NCBI GenBank assembly: GCA_019058015.1
Contig: JAHLWH010000212.1
Coordinates: forward strand, 1-55,727
DNA length: 55,727 nt
Direction: 5' to 3'
Source of the DNA: Promethearchaeota archaeon
Lineage (GTDB): Archaea > Asgardarchaeota > Lokiarchaeia > Sigyniarchaeales > SOKP01
This document shows, in pieces, positions 1-8,983 of this stretch. A program made the position numbers and the translations under genes. The notes beneath the pieces are model-generated. The model saw nothing but the letters and a program-made list of their open reading frames with translations, was not told the origin of the DNA and ran no database searches. The stretch's first letter is position 1. Every line of letters starts with the position of its first letter.

Positions 1-886
1 AATCCTCATTGGAGATCTGTTGTGTACCTTCTAAACCCACAACTGTTGAGGTTTTTTTTTTATGCTCAATTGCTTTATGAACATTAAATCCATTTTTATT
101 ATAAATCCCTCCCTTTGTATCAGAAGCTCCAATTATCTTGCAACCAAATTCATCCTGTAAAATTTCAGCAACATGACTTCCAGCATTCCCAAAACCTTGA
201 ATCGCTATTTTTGCACCCTTTAACGAGATACCTGTTTCTTTTATTGCTTCTCTAATACAAAATGTTCCTCCTCTAGCAGTTGCACTTATACGCCCAACAC
301 TTCCTCCAAGCTCTAACGGTTTTCCTGTGATGACAGAAGGGGCTTTTATACCTTTGATTACTTCATATTCATCCATCATCCAAGCCATTATCTGAGGTGT
401 AGTATATACATCTGGAGCAGGTATATCTATACGAGGACCTATGAACTCTGATAATTTTCTAATATATAATCTCGCAAGCCGTTCAAGCTCATTATTACTC
501 ATTTCTTTTGGGTTACAAATAACACCACCTTTAGCACCTCCTAAAGGTAAATCGACACAAGCACATTTCCATGTCATCAATGCTGCTAATGCTTTTATTA
601 ACGAAGAATTTTCATCAGGATGCCATCTTATTCCCCCTTTGGTTGGCCCTCTTGCTGAATTAAATTGACATCTAAATGCTTTAAAAGTTTTTAAACTCCC
701 GTTGTCCATCCTCATTGTAAATTTTAATATAATAAGTCTCTCCGGTTCAGATAAAGCATTATAAATTTGTTCATCATATTCAAGTAATTCACACGCATGT
801 CCCAATTGCTGCTGTGCAATTGTAAATGGATCCAAATTTTCTGGCGTTTTAAATTCTTTAAAATTATTAGTATAGGTAATTTCCAT
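1..886 (-). CDS. gdhA: Glutamate dehydrogenase (Glu/Leu/Phe/Val dehydrogenase family), runs off the window at position 1
   Basis: Not in the ORF track. Manual translation from ATG at 886 gives MEITYTNNF...RGPTKGGIRWHP...MTWKCACVDLPLGGAKGG...DIPAPDVYT...TGKPLELGGSVGR...IQGFGNAG. A purine-rich AGGGGA lies upstream. Confidence 0.95.
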   Translation of the reverse strand, partial: MEITYTNNFKEFKTPENLDPFTIAQQQLGHACELLEYDEQIYNALSEPERLIILKFTMRMDNGSLKTFKAFRCQFNSARGPTKGGIRWHPDENSSLIKALAALMTWKCACVDLPLGGAKGGVICNPKEMSNNELERLARLYIRKLSEFIGPRIDIPAPDVYTTPQIMAWMMDEYEVIKGIKAPSVITGKPLELGGSVGRISATARGGTFCIREAIKETGISLKGAKIAIQGFGNAGSHVAEILQDEFGCKIIGASDTKGGIYNKNGFNVHKAIEHKKKTSTVVGLEGTQQISNED

Positions 887-1716
887 TTTTTATTTCCCCT
901 TTTTGTAGTAAATTTACATTTTAAAATATTTCTTTATATCAAACTAATTCAACATTTCAACTCCTCTAACCTTAAATTGAATTAGAAAATCCTTGCAGAA
1001 AAAATCTGAATTCCTTCCTAATCGATCAGGATAATCTCCAAAATATTCCCTTATGGGATATAAACCCACATGACCTCTTAAAGTCGATTTTAAAATCTCA
1101 TAAAAAATTGAATAATCGGTAATATAAATAAAATATATACCATATTCGTAAGAAATTTTAGCTCTAACTCTAACTCCCATCATACCTAAACTATATGTAT
1201 ATATTCTAAACATGGTCAAATTTTTTCCCTTAATTTTTAATTTAAACTGTCAAATATTGTTATTATTAAAAATAATTCTATATAATATAAAGTTTTCAGT
1301 ATTTCCGACGAAATTAACATACATTTTTAGAAAAATATGTATAATTATGAAACTTTTCAAAATATTCTGCGAAATTCTAAATCTTTTTTAAAAAATAGTA
1401 TTAAAATGCTAAAAATTTAAACATTTTTTAATTATTATCAAATTCTATATCATATTCGCCAAAAAATACTAAAAAAATTTTCCATTTTTGTAATAGAAGT
1501 CAATTCTTTACACTATAAGATGAGACACCTTATATTTAACTATTAACCAAATAAATGGGAATAATATGGGAAAACCCCCTTATTACAATTTCAGTTCTTA
1601 GTTTTAAAATATTGAAAAAGAAACATTAATTAATGAATCAAATAACAAACCAATTTTGATTTATTTCACTCCCAAAAGAAATAGATAAATTGAGTTAATA
1701 AATAATATTATTATAA

Positions 1717-1875
1717 TTAATAATTTTCCAAAATTTCCTTTTTCTTCCTTCTTAACATAAGTGGAACAAAAAGAATAACAGCAATAACTGATATTAAGAT
1801 AACTGGATTTGTCAAAGCGATTATTAACCAGCCGATAAATCGGATTTTCCCGCACAAAATTCCTAAAATACGATT
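1717..1875 (-). pseudogene. Possible 3' remnant of a membrane-anchored gene (Sec11/signal peptidase I-like C-terminus)
   Basis: A frame with no convincing start reads NRILGILCGKIRFIGWLIIALTNPVILISVIAVILFVPLMLRRKKKEILENY*, i.e. G..G.I..IGW, a TM helix and a basic tail. The upstream part is interrupted by stops. Confidence 0.3.
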
Positions 1876-2021
1876 TTATCGTTTTCAGTTGACCAGATCT
1901 CATTAACATATAAAAAAAATCCTATGAGATCTACTATTCCATTTAAAGCTGAAATTTTTTAAAAGAAAATGGATATTTCAATTTTATACATATAAATAAC
2001 TAATATCTACAATAATTTATT

Positions 2022-2429
2022 ATGTCGGAAACAAATAAAAAGTATGTACATTGTCCATATTGTAAAAGAAAAGTAAGAGCTAAACATAAATTTGATTGGC
2101 ATTTGTATCTGATTTTCCCTATGGTAATCTACGTTATTGATATTTTGATAATTTTTTCTGATTTTGATCATTTTATATTGATATATGCAGTCAATATCAT
2201 ACTAATGTTAGTGTGGCTTATCGTAATAATTTATAAGGGTCTAAAAACGGCTATATGTCCAATATGTAATATCTATTTAATAGAAACTCCTCAAATCCCA
2301 CCGCCTACACTTACTAAATTACCATCAGATCAAACAATATATGAAAAACAAAAATATTGCCCAAATTGTGGAGAAAAAATTCTATTAAATGCTCGATTTT
2401 GTAGTGGTTGTGGGGTTAGAGTTTTTTAA
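2022..2429 (+). CDS. LITAF-like membrane zinc-ribbon protein with C-terminal zinc ribbon
   Basis: CPYC, hydrophobic hairpin, CPIC, then a Pro-rich linker (PQIPPP) and CPNCG...FCSGCG. Confidence 0.7.
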   Translation: MSETNKKYVHCPYCKRKVRAKHKFDWHLYLIFPMVIYVIDILIIFSDFDHFILIYAVNIILMLVWLIVIIYKGLKTAICPICNIYLIETPQIPPPTLTKLPSDQTIYEKQKYCPNCGEKILLNARFCSGCGVRVF

Positions 2430-2656
2430 ATAAAAATTAATTAAAAAGACTTGCACATGAAATGTCCATATCAGAAATTATTAAAAAATATGACATTTCA
2501 AAGGTCACTGTCTATAAGCATTGAAAGAACTGGAATATTAAATTATCATCTCAAAAATAATATTTTTTTTCTTTCTTTTACTAATATTTATTAGAATGGA
2601 AAAATATGTAGAATTTTATTTAAAACTAATATTGAAACAGAGTAAATGAAGTTAAA

Positions 2657-4339
2657 ATGCAGTCCAATTGCAAATTTGTGTTTATAACGGGCGGGGTCAT
2701 GTCAGGGATTGGTAAAGGCATTGTAACTGCTAGTTTGGGCAAATTATTTCAATTTCGAGGGTTTAAAATCTCTGGCGTAAAGATCGATCCCTATTTAAAT
2801 GTAGATCCTGGAACACTTAATCCCATTGAACATGGAGAGTGTTTTATTACGGAAAAAGTTTGGGATTTTAAACCTGTTCCCAGTTCGAATGAATATATTT
2901 ATAGAATATCAGAGATAGACCAGGATTTTGGCTCTTATGAAAGATTTTGGGGAGAAAATATTCATCCTTCTCATAATATTACTTCTGGACAAATATATCT
3001 ATCCACAATTTTGCGAGAAAGAAAAGGAACATTTCTTGGAAGAACAGTTCAAATAATTCCTCATTGTACGAATATTATCAAGGATCGATTAAAGAAAATA
3101 GCAGAAGAGGAGGATTTAGATGTTTTATTAGTAGAGTGTGGGGGTACTGTTGGAGATATTGAATCTCAGATATTTTTAGAGAGTTTCAGACAATTAAGAT
3201 TAGAATTACCAAAAAGAAGTACTGCTCTAGTTCATGTTACCTTAATCCCATATTCCAGTGTAATTAGGCAGCATAAAACTAAACCAACTCAACACTCAGT
3301 TAAAGCTTTACAGGCTGCCGGTTTGCAACCAGATGTTCTAATCGGTAGATCTAAAAAACCTTTAGATAATGAAATAAAGGAAAAAATTTCCTTATTTACA
3401 AATGTCCCAATTAATGCAGTAATCTCAGATCCGGATTTAGATGTGGTTTATGAACTTCCTTTATTATTTGAAGATCAAAAATTGGGAGATTATTTATGCG
3501 AGCTTTTAGATTTAAAAGCAAAATTGGTGACTTATAGTACTGTTAATAATTATTCTGAATGGCAGAAAACCGTTAATCTTTTTAAAAACACAAAAGAAAC
3601 GATCACAATAGGCATGCCTGGAAAATACTTTAAAATCTCTGATTCATATATTTCAATAAATAGTGCATTAGAACAGGCTGCAGCTCATGAAGGGTTCATT
3701 GCAAATTTGAAAATGATTAATATCACAGAAGAAACAGATATTGAAAATGAATTAAAAGAATGTGAAGGGATATTATTAACACCCGGATTTGGGGAGCGAG
3801 CAATAGAAGGGATGATTAAAGCTGCCGAGTTTGCAATGGAAAATAAACGCAATTTCTTGGGCGTCTGTTTCGGGGCTCAACTGTTCTTCATTGCATTTTG
3901 CAGAAAATATTTAGGCTTGAAAAACGCAAATTCGACAGAAATAGACCCAAATACGCCCTATCCAGTTATTGATTTGCTTGAAAATCAGAAAAAAATCAAA
4001 TCAAAAGGGGGCACGATGAGATTAGGTGGGCACAAAATAAAATTAGAAAAAGGAACTAAGTTGTATGAGGCTTACCAAAAAGAGGAAATCATTGAAAGAT
4101 TCAGACATAGATATCACATTCAAGAACGATTTATTACCCAAGAAGCGAAAGAAAATGGTTTAGTAGTTTCAAGTAGAGATGAAACTGGAGAAATTATTAA
4201 TAGTATTGAATTAAATCGTGAAGACCATTGGATGGTTGGGGTGCAGTTCCATCCGGAATTCAAAAGTAAACCGTATGCTCCCTCTCCTTGCTACACAGCA
4301 TTCATAAAAGCATCAATTAAACATAAAAATAAAAAATAG
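2657..4339 (+). CDS. pyrG: CTP synthase (divergent, with insertion)
   Basis: TGGVMSGIGKG, KIDPYLNVDPGT, GGTVGDIES and KTKPTQHSVK; GATase nucleophile GVCFG and QFHPEF. Confidence 0.95.
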   Translation: MQSNCKFVFITGGVMSGIGKGIVTASLGKLFQFRGFKISGVKIDPYLNVDPGTLNPIEHGECFITEKVWDFKPVPSSNEYIYRISEIDQDFGSYERFWGENIHPSHNITSGQIYLSTILRERKGTFLGRTVQIIPHCTNIIKDRLKKIAEEEDLDVLLVECGGTVGDIESQIFLESFRQLRLELPKRSTALVHVTLIPYSSVIRQHKTKPTQHSVKALQAAGLQPDVLIGRSKKPLDNEIKEKISLFTNVPINAVISDPDLDVVYELPLLFEDQKLGDYLCELLDLKAKLVTYSTVNNYSEWQKTVNLFKNTKETITIGMPGKYFKISDSYISINSALEQAAAHEGFIANLKMINITEETDIENELKECEGILLTPGFGERAIEGMIKAAEFAMENKRNFLGVCFGAQLFFIAFCRKYLGLKNANSTEIDPNTPYPVIDLLENQKKIKSKGGTMRLGGHKIKLEKGTKLYEAYQKEEIIERFRHRYHIQERFITQEAKENGLVVSSRDETGEIINSIELNREDHWMVGVQFHPEFKSKPYAPSPCYTAFIKASIKHKNKK

Positions 4340-4416
4340 GTTAATTTATAAATTAATTACCAATTTTTTATTAAATCTCTCTTACTACTTTAAGATATAA
4401 GATAAAGTATTTTTGC

Positions 4417-5751
4417 GTGAAACTTATGAAAAGAGAAGAAAAAATTGAAGAGATTCTAAAAATCATAAAAGATAAAGAAATTAAATTTGCAAGTTTAGAA
4501 TTCACTGAAATTAATGGGATTGTAAAAAGCTTTGGAGTTAATATAAATCGAATTGAATCAATATTAAAAGAAGGGGAAAATTTCGATGGTTCATCAATTA
4601 CTGGGTATGGCTCAATAGAGGAATCTGATATGGTTGCACTTCCAGATCCATTTACTTTTCACATCATTCCATGGAATTCACAAAAAAAAGATGAATGTGG
4701 ATTTATTTGCGATATATATGAGCCTGATGGTAAAAGATTTGAAGGAGATCCGAGATATATTCTTCAAAATACTTATAAAGAAGTTCAAGAAATGGGCTAT
4801 GAATTTATGTGTGCCCCAGAATTAGAATTTTTCATATTAAGTGAAGAGGAATCAATCAAGCCTAGAGATTTACGCGGATATTTTGATTATGACCCACATC
4901 TTATAGACGAAAAAATGAGAAGGGACATGGCTGAGTATGCGAAAGGATATGGAATTGAAATCGAAACATTACACCATGAGGTTGCAGAAGGACAAAATGA
5001 GATTGATTTCAAATATGATACAGCCTTAAAAACTGCAGATCATACGGTTTGGCTAAAAATGATTGTAAAAGTAGTAGCAGCACAATATAACTGTATCGCA
5101 TCTTTTATGCCAAAACCTTTCCAAAATATCAATGGCTCTGGGATGCATGTACATCAATCTTTATGGAAGAATGGAGAAAATATCTTTTATGATGAAAATG
5201 ATGAGAATCATATCTCCCAAACTATGAAATATTTTGTTGGAGGGCAAATAAAATATGGGAGGGAAATGTGTGCTGTTTTGTGCAGCTGGCCAAACTCTTA
5301 TAAACGTTTAGTTCCCGGTTATGAAGCGCCAATTTATTTAGCGTGGGGTTTTAAGAATCGATCTCCATTAATTCGCGTACCAAGCTTTCCAACTAAGTCG
5401 GGAGCTCGATGTGAAATACGATGTCCTGATCCTGCAGGAAATCCATATTTACAATTTTCAGTGTTATTGGCAACGGGATTAGAAGGGATAAAGCAAAAGA
5501 TTGAGCCACCAGAACCTAGTGATTTCAATGTGTATAAAATCTCTACAAAAGAAATGAAAAAAAGAGGAATTAAGGCACTTCCAGCGAATCTTTATGAAGC
5601 TCTTGAAGAATATGAAAAGAGTGAACTTATGAAAAGAGTTTTTGGTGATAGACCATTCAGAAATTTTCTCTGGGCTAAATTAGAAGAATTTGATTTATAC
5701 AGGAAAGTTGTTTCTAATTGGGAATTTGATAGATATATCAAAAAATTATAA
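4417..5751 (+). CDS. glnA: Glutamine synthetase type I (start probably ATG 4426)
   Basis: FDGSSI, PELEFF, HHEVAEGQNEIDF, SFMPKP, NGSGMHVHQSL, NSYKRLVPGYEAP, NRSPLIRVP. Confidence 0.95.
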   Translation: MKLMKREEKIEEILKIIKDKEIKFASLEFTEINGIVKSFGVNINRIESILKEGENFDGSSITGYGSIEESDMVALPDPFTFHIIPWNSQKKDECGFICDIYEPDGKRFEGDPRYILQNTYKEVQEMGYEFMCAPELEFFILSEEESIKPRDLRGYFDYDPHLIDEKMRRDMAEYAKGYGIEIETLHHEVAEGQNEIDFKYDTALKTADHTVWLKMIVKVVAAQYNCIASFMPKPFQNINGSGMHVHQSLWKNGENIFYDENDENHISQTMKYFVGGQIKYGREMCAVLCSWPNSYKRLVPGYEAPIYLAWGFKNRSPLIRVPSFPTKSGARCEIRCPDPAGNPYLQFSVLLATGLEGIKQKIEPPEPSDFNVYKISTKEMKKRGIKALPANLYEALEEYEKSELMKRVFGDRPFRNFLWAKLEEFDLYRKVVSNWEFDRYIKKL

Positions 5752-6245
5752 AAATTCTCAATAATTTTCATGAATTTTTAATATATTTTAAAATTTTTAT
5801 ATTATTGCAATTAATTTTATATATTCAATAAAATTGAAAAAAATAATCGAGCAAAATTCCCGCGCAGAACTTATCATTACAGGACAGAAATTTAATAAAC
5901 ATCATCTTTATGGGCCTATAATTTTAATAATTTTAATTCTATTGATTGTTTTTGCAAATGGCATTAACTCATGGTTAACTTCCCTTTAAAAATTAAAGTT
6001 TTCAATAAATCTTTAATTTCTTGTTAGATAATGGCTGTTTAGTTAATTCTTTAATCATTTTTTTAAATATATTAAATTTTTAAAATAAAGGTTAAACTAA
6101 ACGCTTTGGATTTCATTAAATCTTGTTAAAACGAGTAAATTATTAATATTTTATTAGGATATAATTTATAATAAGAAAATATTAGTGATATCAAGCTAAC
6201 AATATTAAGTAAATATCGCCTTATACAGAATAATTTTAAATTAAA

Positions 6246-7802
6246 ATGGATACAGTTATAATTCTTGATTTTGGAGGTCAATATACTCACCTAATTGCTA
6301 GGAGAATTAGAGATTTAAATGTTTACTCAGAAGTCTTTCCTTACGATATTGATTTTAAAAAAATTAAAAGTATTGAACCTAAAGCGATAATATTATCTGG
6401 AGGTCCCAGTAGTGTATATTCGGAAGATTCTCCCAAGCTATCTGAGAATATTTATAAATTTATACGCCAGAATAAAATTCCAATTTTAGGAATTTGTTAT
6501 GGTTTTCATTTCATAATTCACCATCTTGGTGGGAAAATCGAGCCGAGGGAAAATAAAGAATATGGAAAAACATTATTACATATTCTCGAACATAAAGGAT
6601 TATTTGAACTTTTAAAAGACGAAGAAACCGTATGGATGTCTCATTTAGACCAAGTGATGGATATTCCTCCAGAATTTCAAGTTTTAGCAAGAACTGATAA
6701 TTGTCCAATTGCAGCTTATGGAAGTGAAGAACTCAATATATACGGAGTGCAATTCCATCCAGAAGTAAAGCATACTATCAGTGGAGTTAAAATATTTTCC
6801 AATTTTTTATTTAAAATAGCCAAATGTAAAAAAGAATGGAAATTAGAAAATTGGATTGAACATACAATTGATAAGATCAGAGGAGAAGTAGGAGACAATA
6901 GGATTATTTTAGGACTAAGTGGAGGTGTAGATTCGTCAGTCACTTCAATTTTACTTCATAAAGCTATAGGGGATAAATTACATTGTATTTTTGTAAATAA
7001 TAATTTATTACGTAAAAACGAGGAATTAGAAGTCCAAGAATTTTTCAAAAGAAAGTTAAAATTTAAAAATTTTCATTACATTGATGCAAAGAATTTGTTT
7101 ATGGAGCACCTTAAGGGAGTATCTGATCCTGAAAAAAAGAGAATAATAATTGCAAATTCATTTATTGAAGTTTTTGAACAAAAAACTAAGGAATTAGAAA
7201 CTAAATATCCAAATATTAAATTTTTAGCACAAGGAACAATATATCCTGATCGAATCGAATCTAAAGCTACAAGTAAATTTGCCTCAAAAATTAAATCTCA
7301 TCATAATGTAGTCTTGCCAGAAAAATTAAATTTTGATATAATTGAACCACTTAAAGATTTATATAAAGATGAAGTTAGAAAAATAGGTATAGAACTTGGA
7401 TTACCAGAAGAATTGATAAAAAGACACCCATTTCCTGGTCCTGGATTAGCCGTAAGGTGTGTCGGTTCTGTTGATGAGGAAAAAATAACTATGATAAGAG
7501 AAGCTGATCAAATAATTCAAGAAGAAATCAAAAGTGCCGGGATTTACGATGATATTTGGCAGATATTTCCAGTATTCCTTCCAGTAAAAACAGTTGGAGT
7601 TATGGGAGATCATAGAACATATGAATATATTTGTGCAATTCGAGCAGTTCAGAGCATAGATGGTATGACCGCTAATTTTGCTAAAATTGATTGGAATTTA
7701 TTAGAACAAATTTCAACAAGAATTATTAATGAGGTTAAAGGATTCAATAGAGTAGTATTTGATATATCCAATAAACCTCCATCTACAATTGAATATGAGT
7801 AA
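6246..7802 (+). CDS. guaA: GMP synthase, fused GATase + ATP-pyrophosphatase
   Basis: LDFGGQY, GICYG, QFHPEV, LSGGVDSS, QGTIYPD, IKSHHNV, RHPFPGPGLA, KPPSTIEYE. Confidence 0.97.
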   Translation: MDTVIILDFGGQYTHLIARRIRDLNVYSEVFPYDIDFKKIKSIEPKAIILSGGPSSVYSEDSPKLSENIYKFIRQNKIPILGICYGFHFIIHHLGGKIEPRENKEYGKTLLHILEHKGLFELLKDEETVWMSHLDQVMDIPPEFQVLARTDNCPIAAYGSEELNIYGVQFHPEVKHTISGVKIFSNFLFKIAKCKKEWKLENWIEHTIDKIRGEVGDNRIILGLSGGVDSSVTSILLHKAIGDKLHCIFVNNNLLRKNEELEVQEFFKRKLKFKNFHYIDAKNLFMEHLKGVSDPEKKRIIIANSFIEVFEQKTKELETKYPNIKFLAQGTIYPDRIESKATSKFASKIKSHHNVVLPEKLNFDIIEPLKDLYKDEVRKIGIELGLPEELIKRHPFPGPGLAVRCVGSVDEEKITMIREADQIIQEEIKSAGIYDDIWQIFPVFLPVKTVGVMGDHRTYEYICAIRAVQSIDGMTANFAKIDWNLLEQISTRIINEVKGFNRVVFDISNKPPSTIEYE

Positions 7803-7837
7803 AAAAAATATTGAGAAATGAGTTATAGAGGGATAAA

Positions 7838-8983
7838 ATGCATTTAAAGAATGACCGCCCCGCAATTTTAATGTTTCAAGATGGAAGATATTTTGAAGGA
7901 ATTGGATTTGGGGCTACAAAAAAGGTTTGTGGAGAAATAGTATTTACAACCAGTATGGTCGGTTATAATGAAACTATTACAGATCCCTCTTTTCATGAAC
8001 AAATATGTATTATGACTTATCCCTTAATTGGAAACTATGGTGTTCCGGATTGGATAAAAGATGAATATAAAATACACAAATGTTTTGAGTCAGATAGTGT
8101 TAAAATTAAAGGATTAGTAGTAAATGAATATTGTAAGATACCTAGTCACTATGAAAGTGTGAAATCTTTAGACGATTTTCTTCAAGAACAAGACGTCCCT
8201 GGAATTGAATGGGTTGATACTAGGGCTTTAACTAAGATAATTCGAGATGAAGGAGTGAAATTAGGATTATTGCAAGTATTTAACCCTGGTGAAAAACCAG
8301 ATATTGAACTAATAAAAGAGGAAGTTAAAGAAATTTCAGATCCAAATAATAAAGATTTAGTTAGTGAAGTTTCTACTGCAAGAGTAAGACATTTCACTCC
8401 CTCAAATTCTATTGGGACTGTGATTGTTTTAGATTTGGGCACTAAACTTAATATTATAAGAAATTTGTTGAAAAGAAATTTGAATGTAATTTTAGTGCCC
8501 CATGATTTTAGTTATGATCAAATCATGGATTACAATCCCAACGGTGTTCTAATTTCAAATGGACCGGGAGATCCCTTGAAATGTAAAAGTGCAATTGAAG
8601 TTGCTGAAAATTTAATCGAAAATTCTATTCCTACAATGGGAATTTGTTTGGGTGATCAAATAATTGGTTTAGGTGCTGGAGCGAAAACTTATAAACTTAA
8701 ATTCGGACACCGAGGAGGAAATAAATCAGTAATTCATAATCCAACGGGAAGATGCTTTATTACTACTCAGAATCATGGATATGGAATTAATACTGATAAT
8801 TTGGAAGAAGTAAGCTTTAAGGAATTCTTTTACAATCCTGATGATAAAACAAATGAAGGGATTATTCATAAAACTAAACCCATTTTTAGCCTTCAATTTC
8901 ATCCCGAATCATATCCAGGACCTAAAGATACTCAAGCATTTCTATTTGATATGTTTTTAAAATTTATGGGGATTCTAAAATAA
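7838..8983 (+). CDS. carA: Carbamoyl-phosphate synthase small (glutaminase) subunit
   Basis: GEIVFTTSMVGY, TDPSF, YPLIGNYG, SNGPGDP, GICLG, FGHRGGN, TQNHGY, QFHPE. Confidence 0.97.
   Translation: MHLKNDRPAILMFQDGRYFEGIGFGATKKVCGEIVFTTSMVGYNETITDPSFHEQICIMTYPLIGNYGVPDWIKDEYKIHKCFESDSVKIKGLVVNEYCKIPSHYESVKSLDDFLQEQDVPGIEWVDTRALTKIIRDEGVKLGLLQVFNPGEKPDIELIKEEVKEISDPNNKDLVSEVSTARVRHFTPSNSIGTVIVLDLGTKLNIIRNLLKRNLNVILVPHDFSYDQIMDYNPNGVLISNGPGDPLKCKSAIEVAENLIENSIPTMGICLGDQIIGLGAGAKTYKLKFGHRGGNKSVIHNPTGRCFITTQNHGYGINTDNLEEVSFKEFFYNPDDKTNEGIIHKTKPIFSLQFHPESYPGPKDTQAFLFDMFLKFMGILK

Noticed and set aside
441-1219. Short ORFs 441..668, 797..985 and 944..1219
   Set aside because: The first two are antisense to gdh. 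The third has no motif and lies in the gdh upstream region.
5830-6060. Possible decayed gene between glnA and guaA, and TTCCCGC(A/G)CA similarity to ~1847-1858
   Set aside because: No recognisable protein motif, and the match is too short to call a repeat or IS end.
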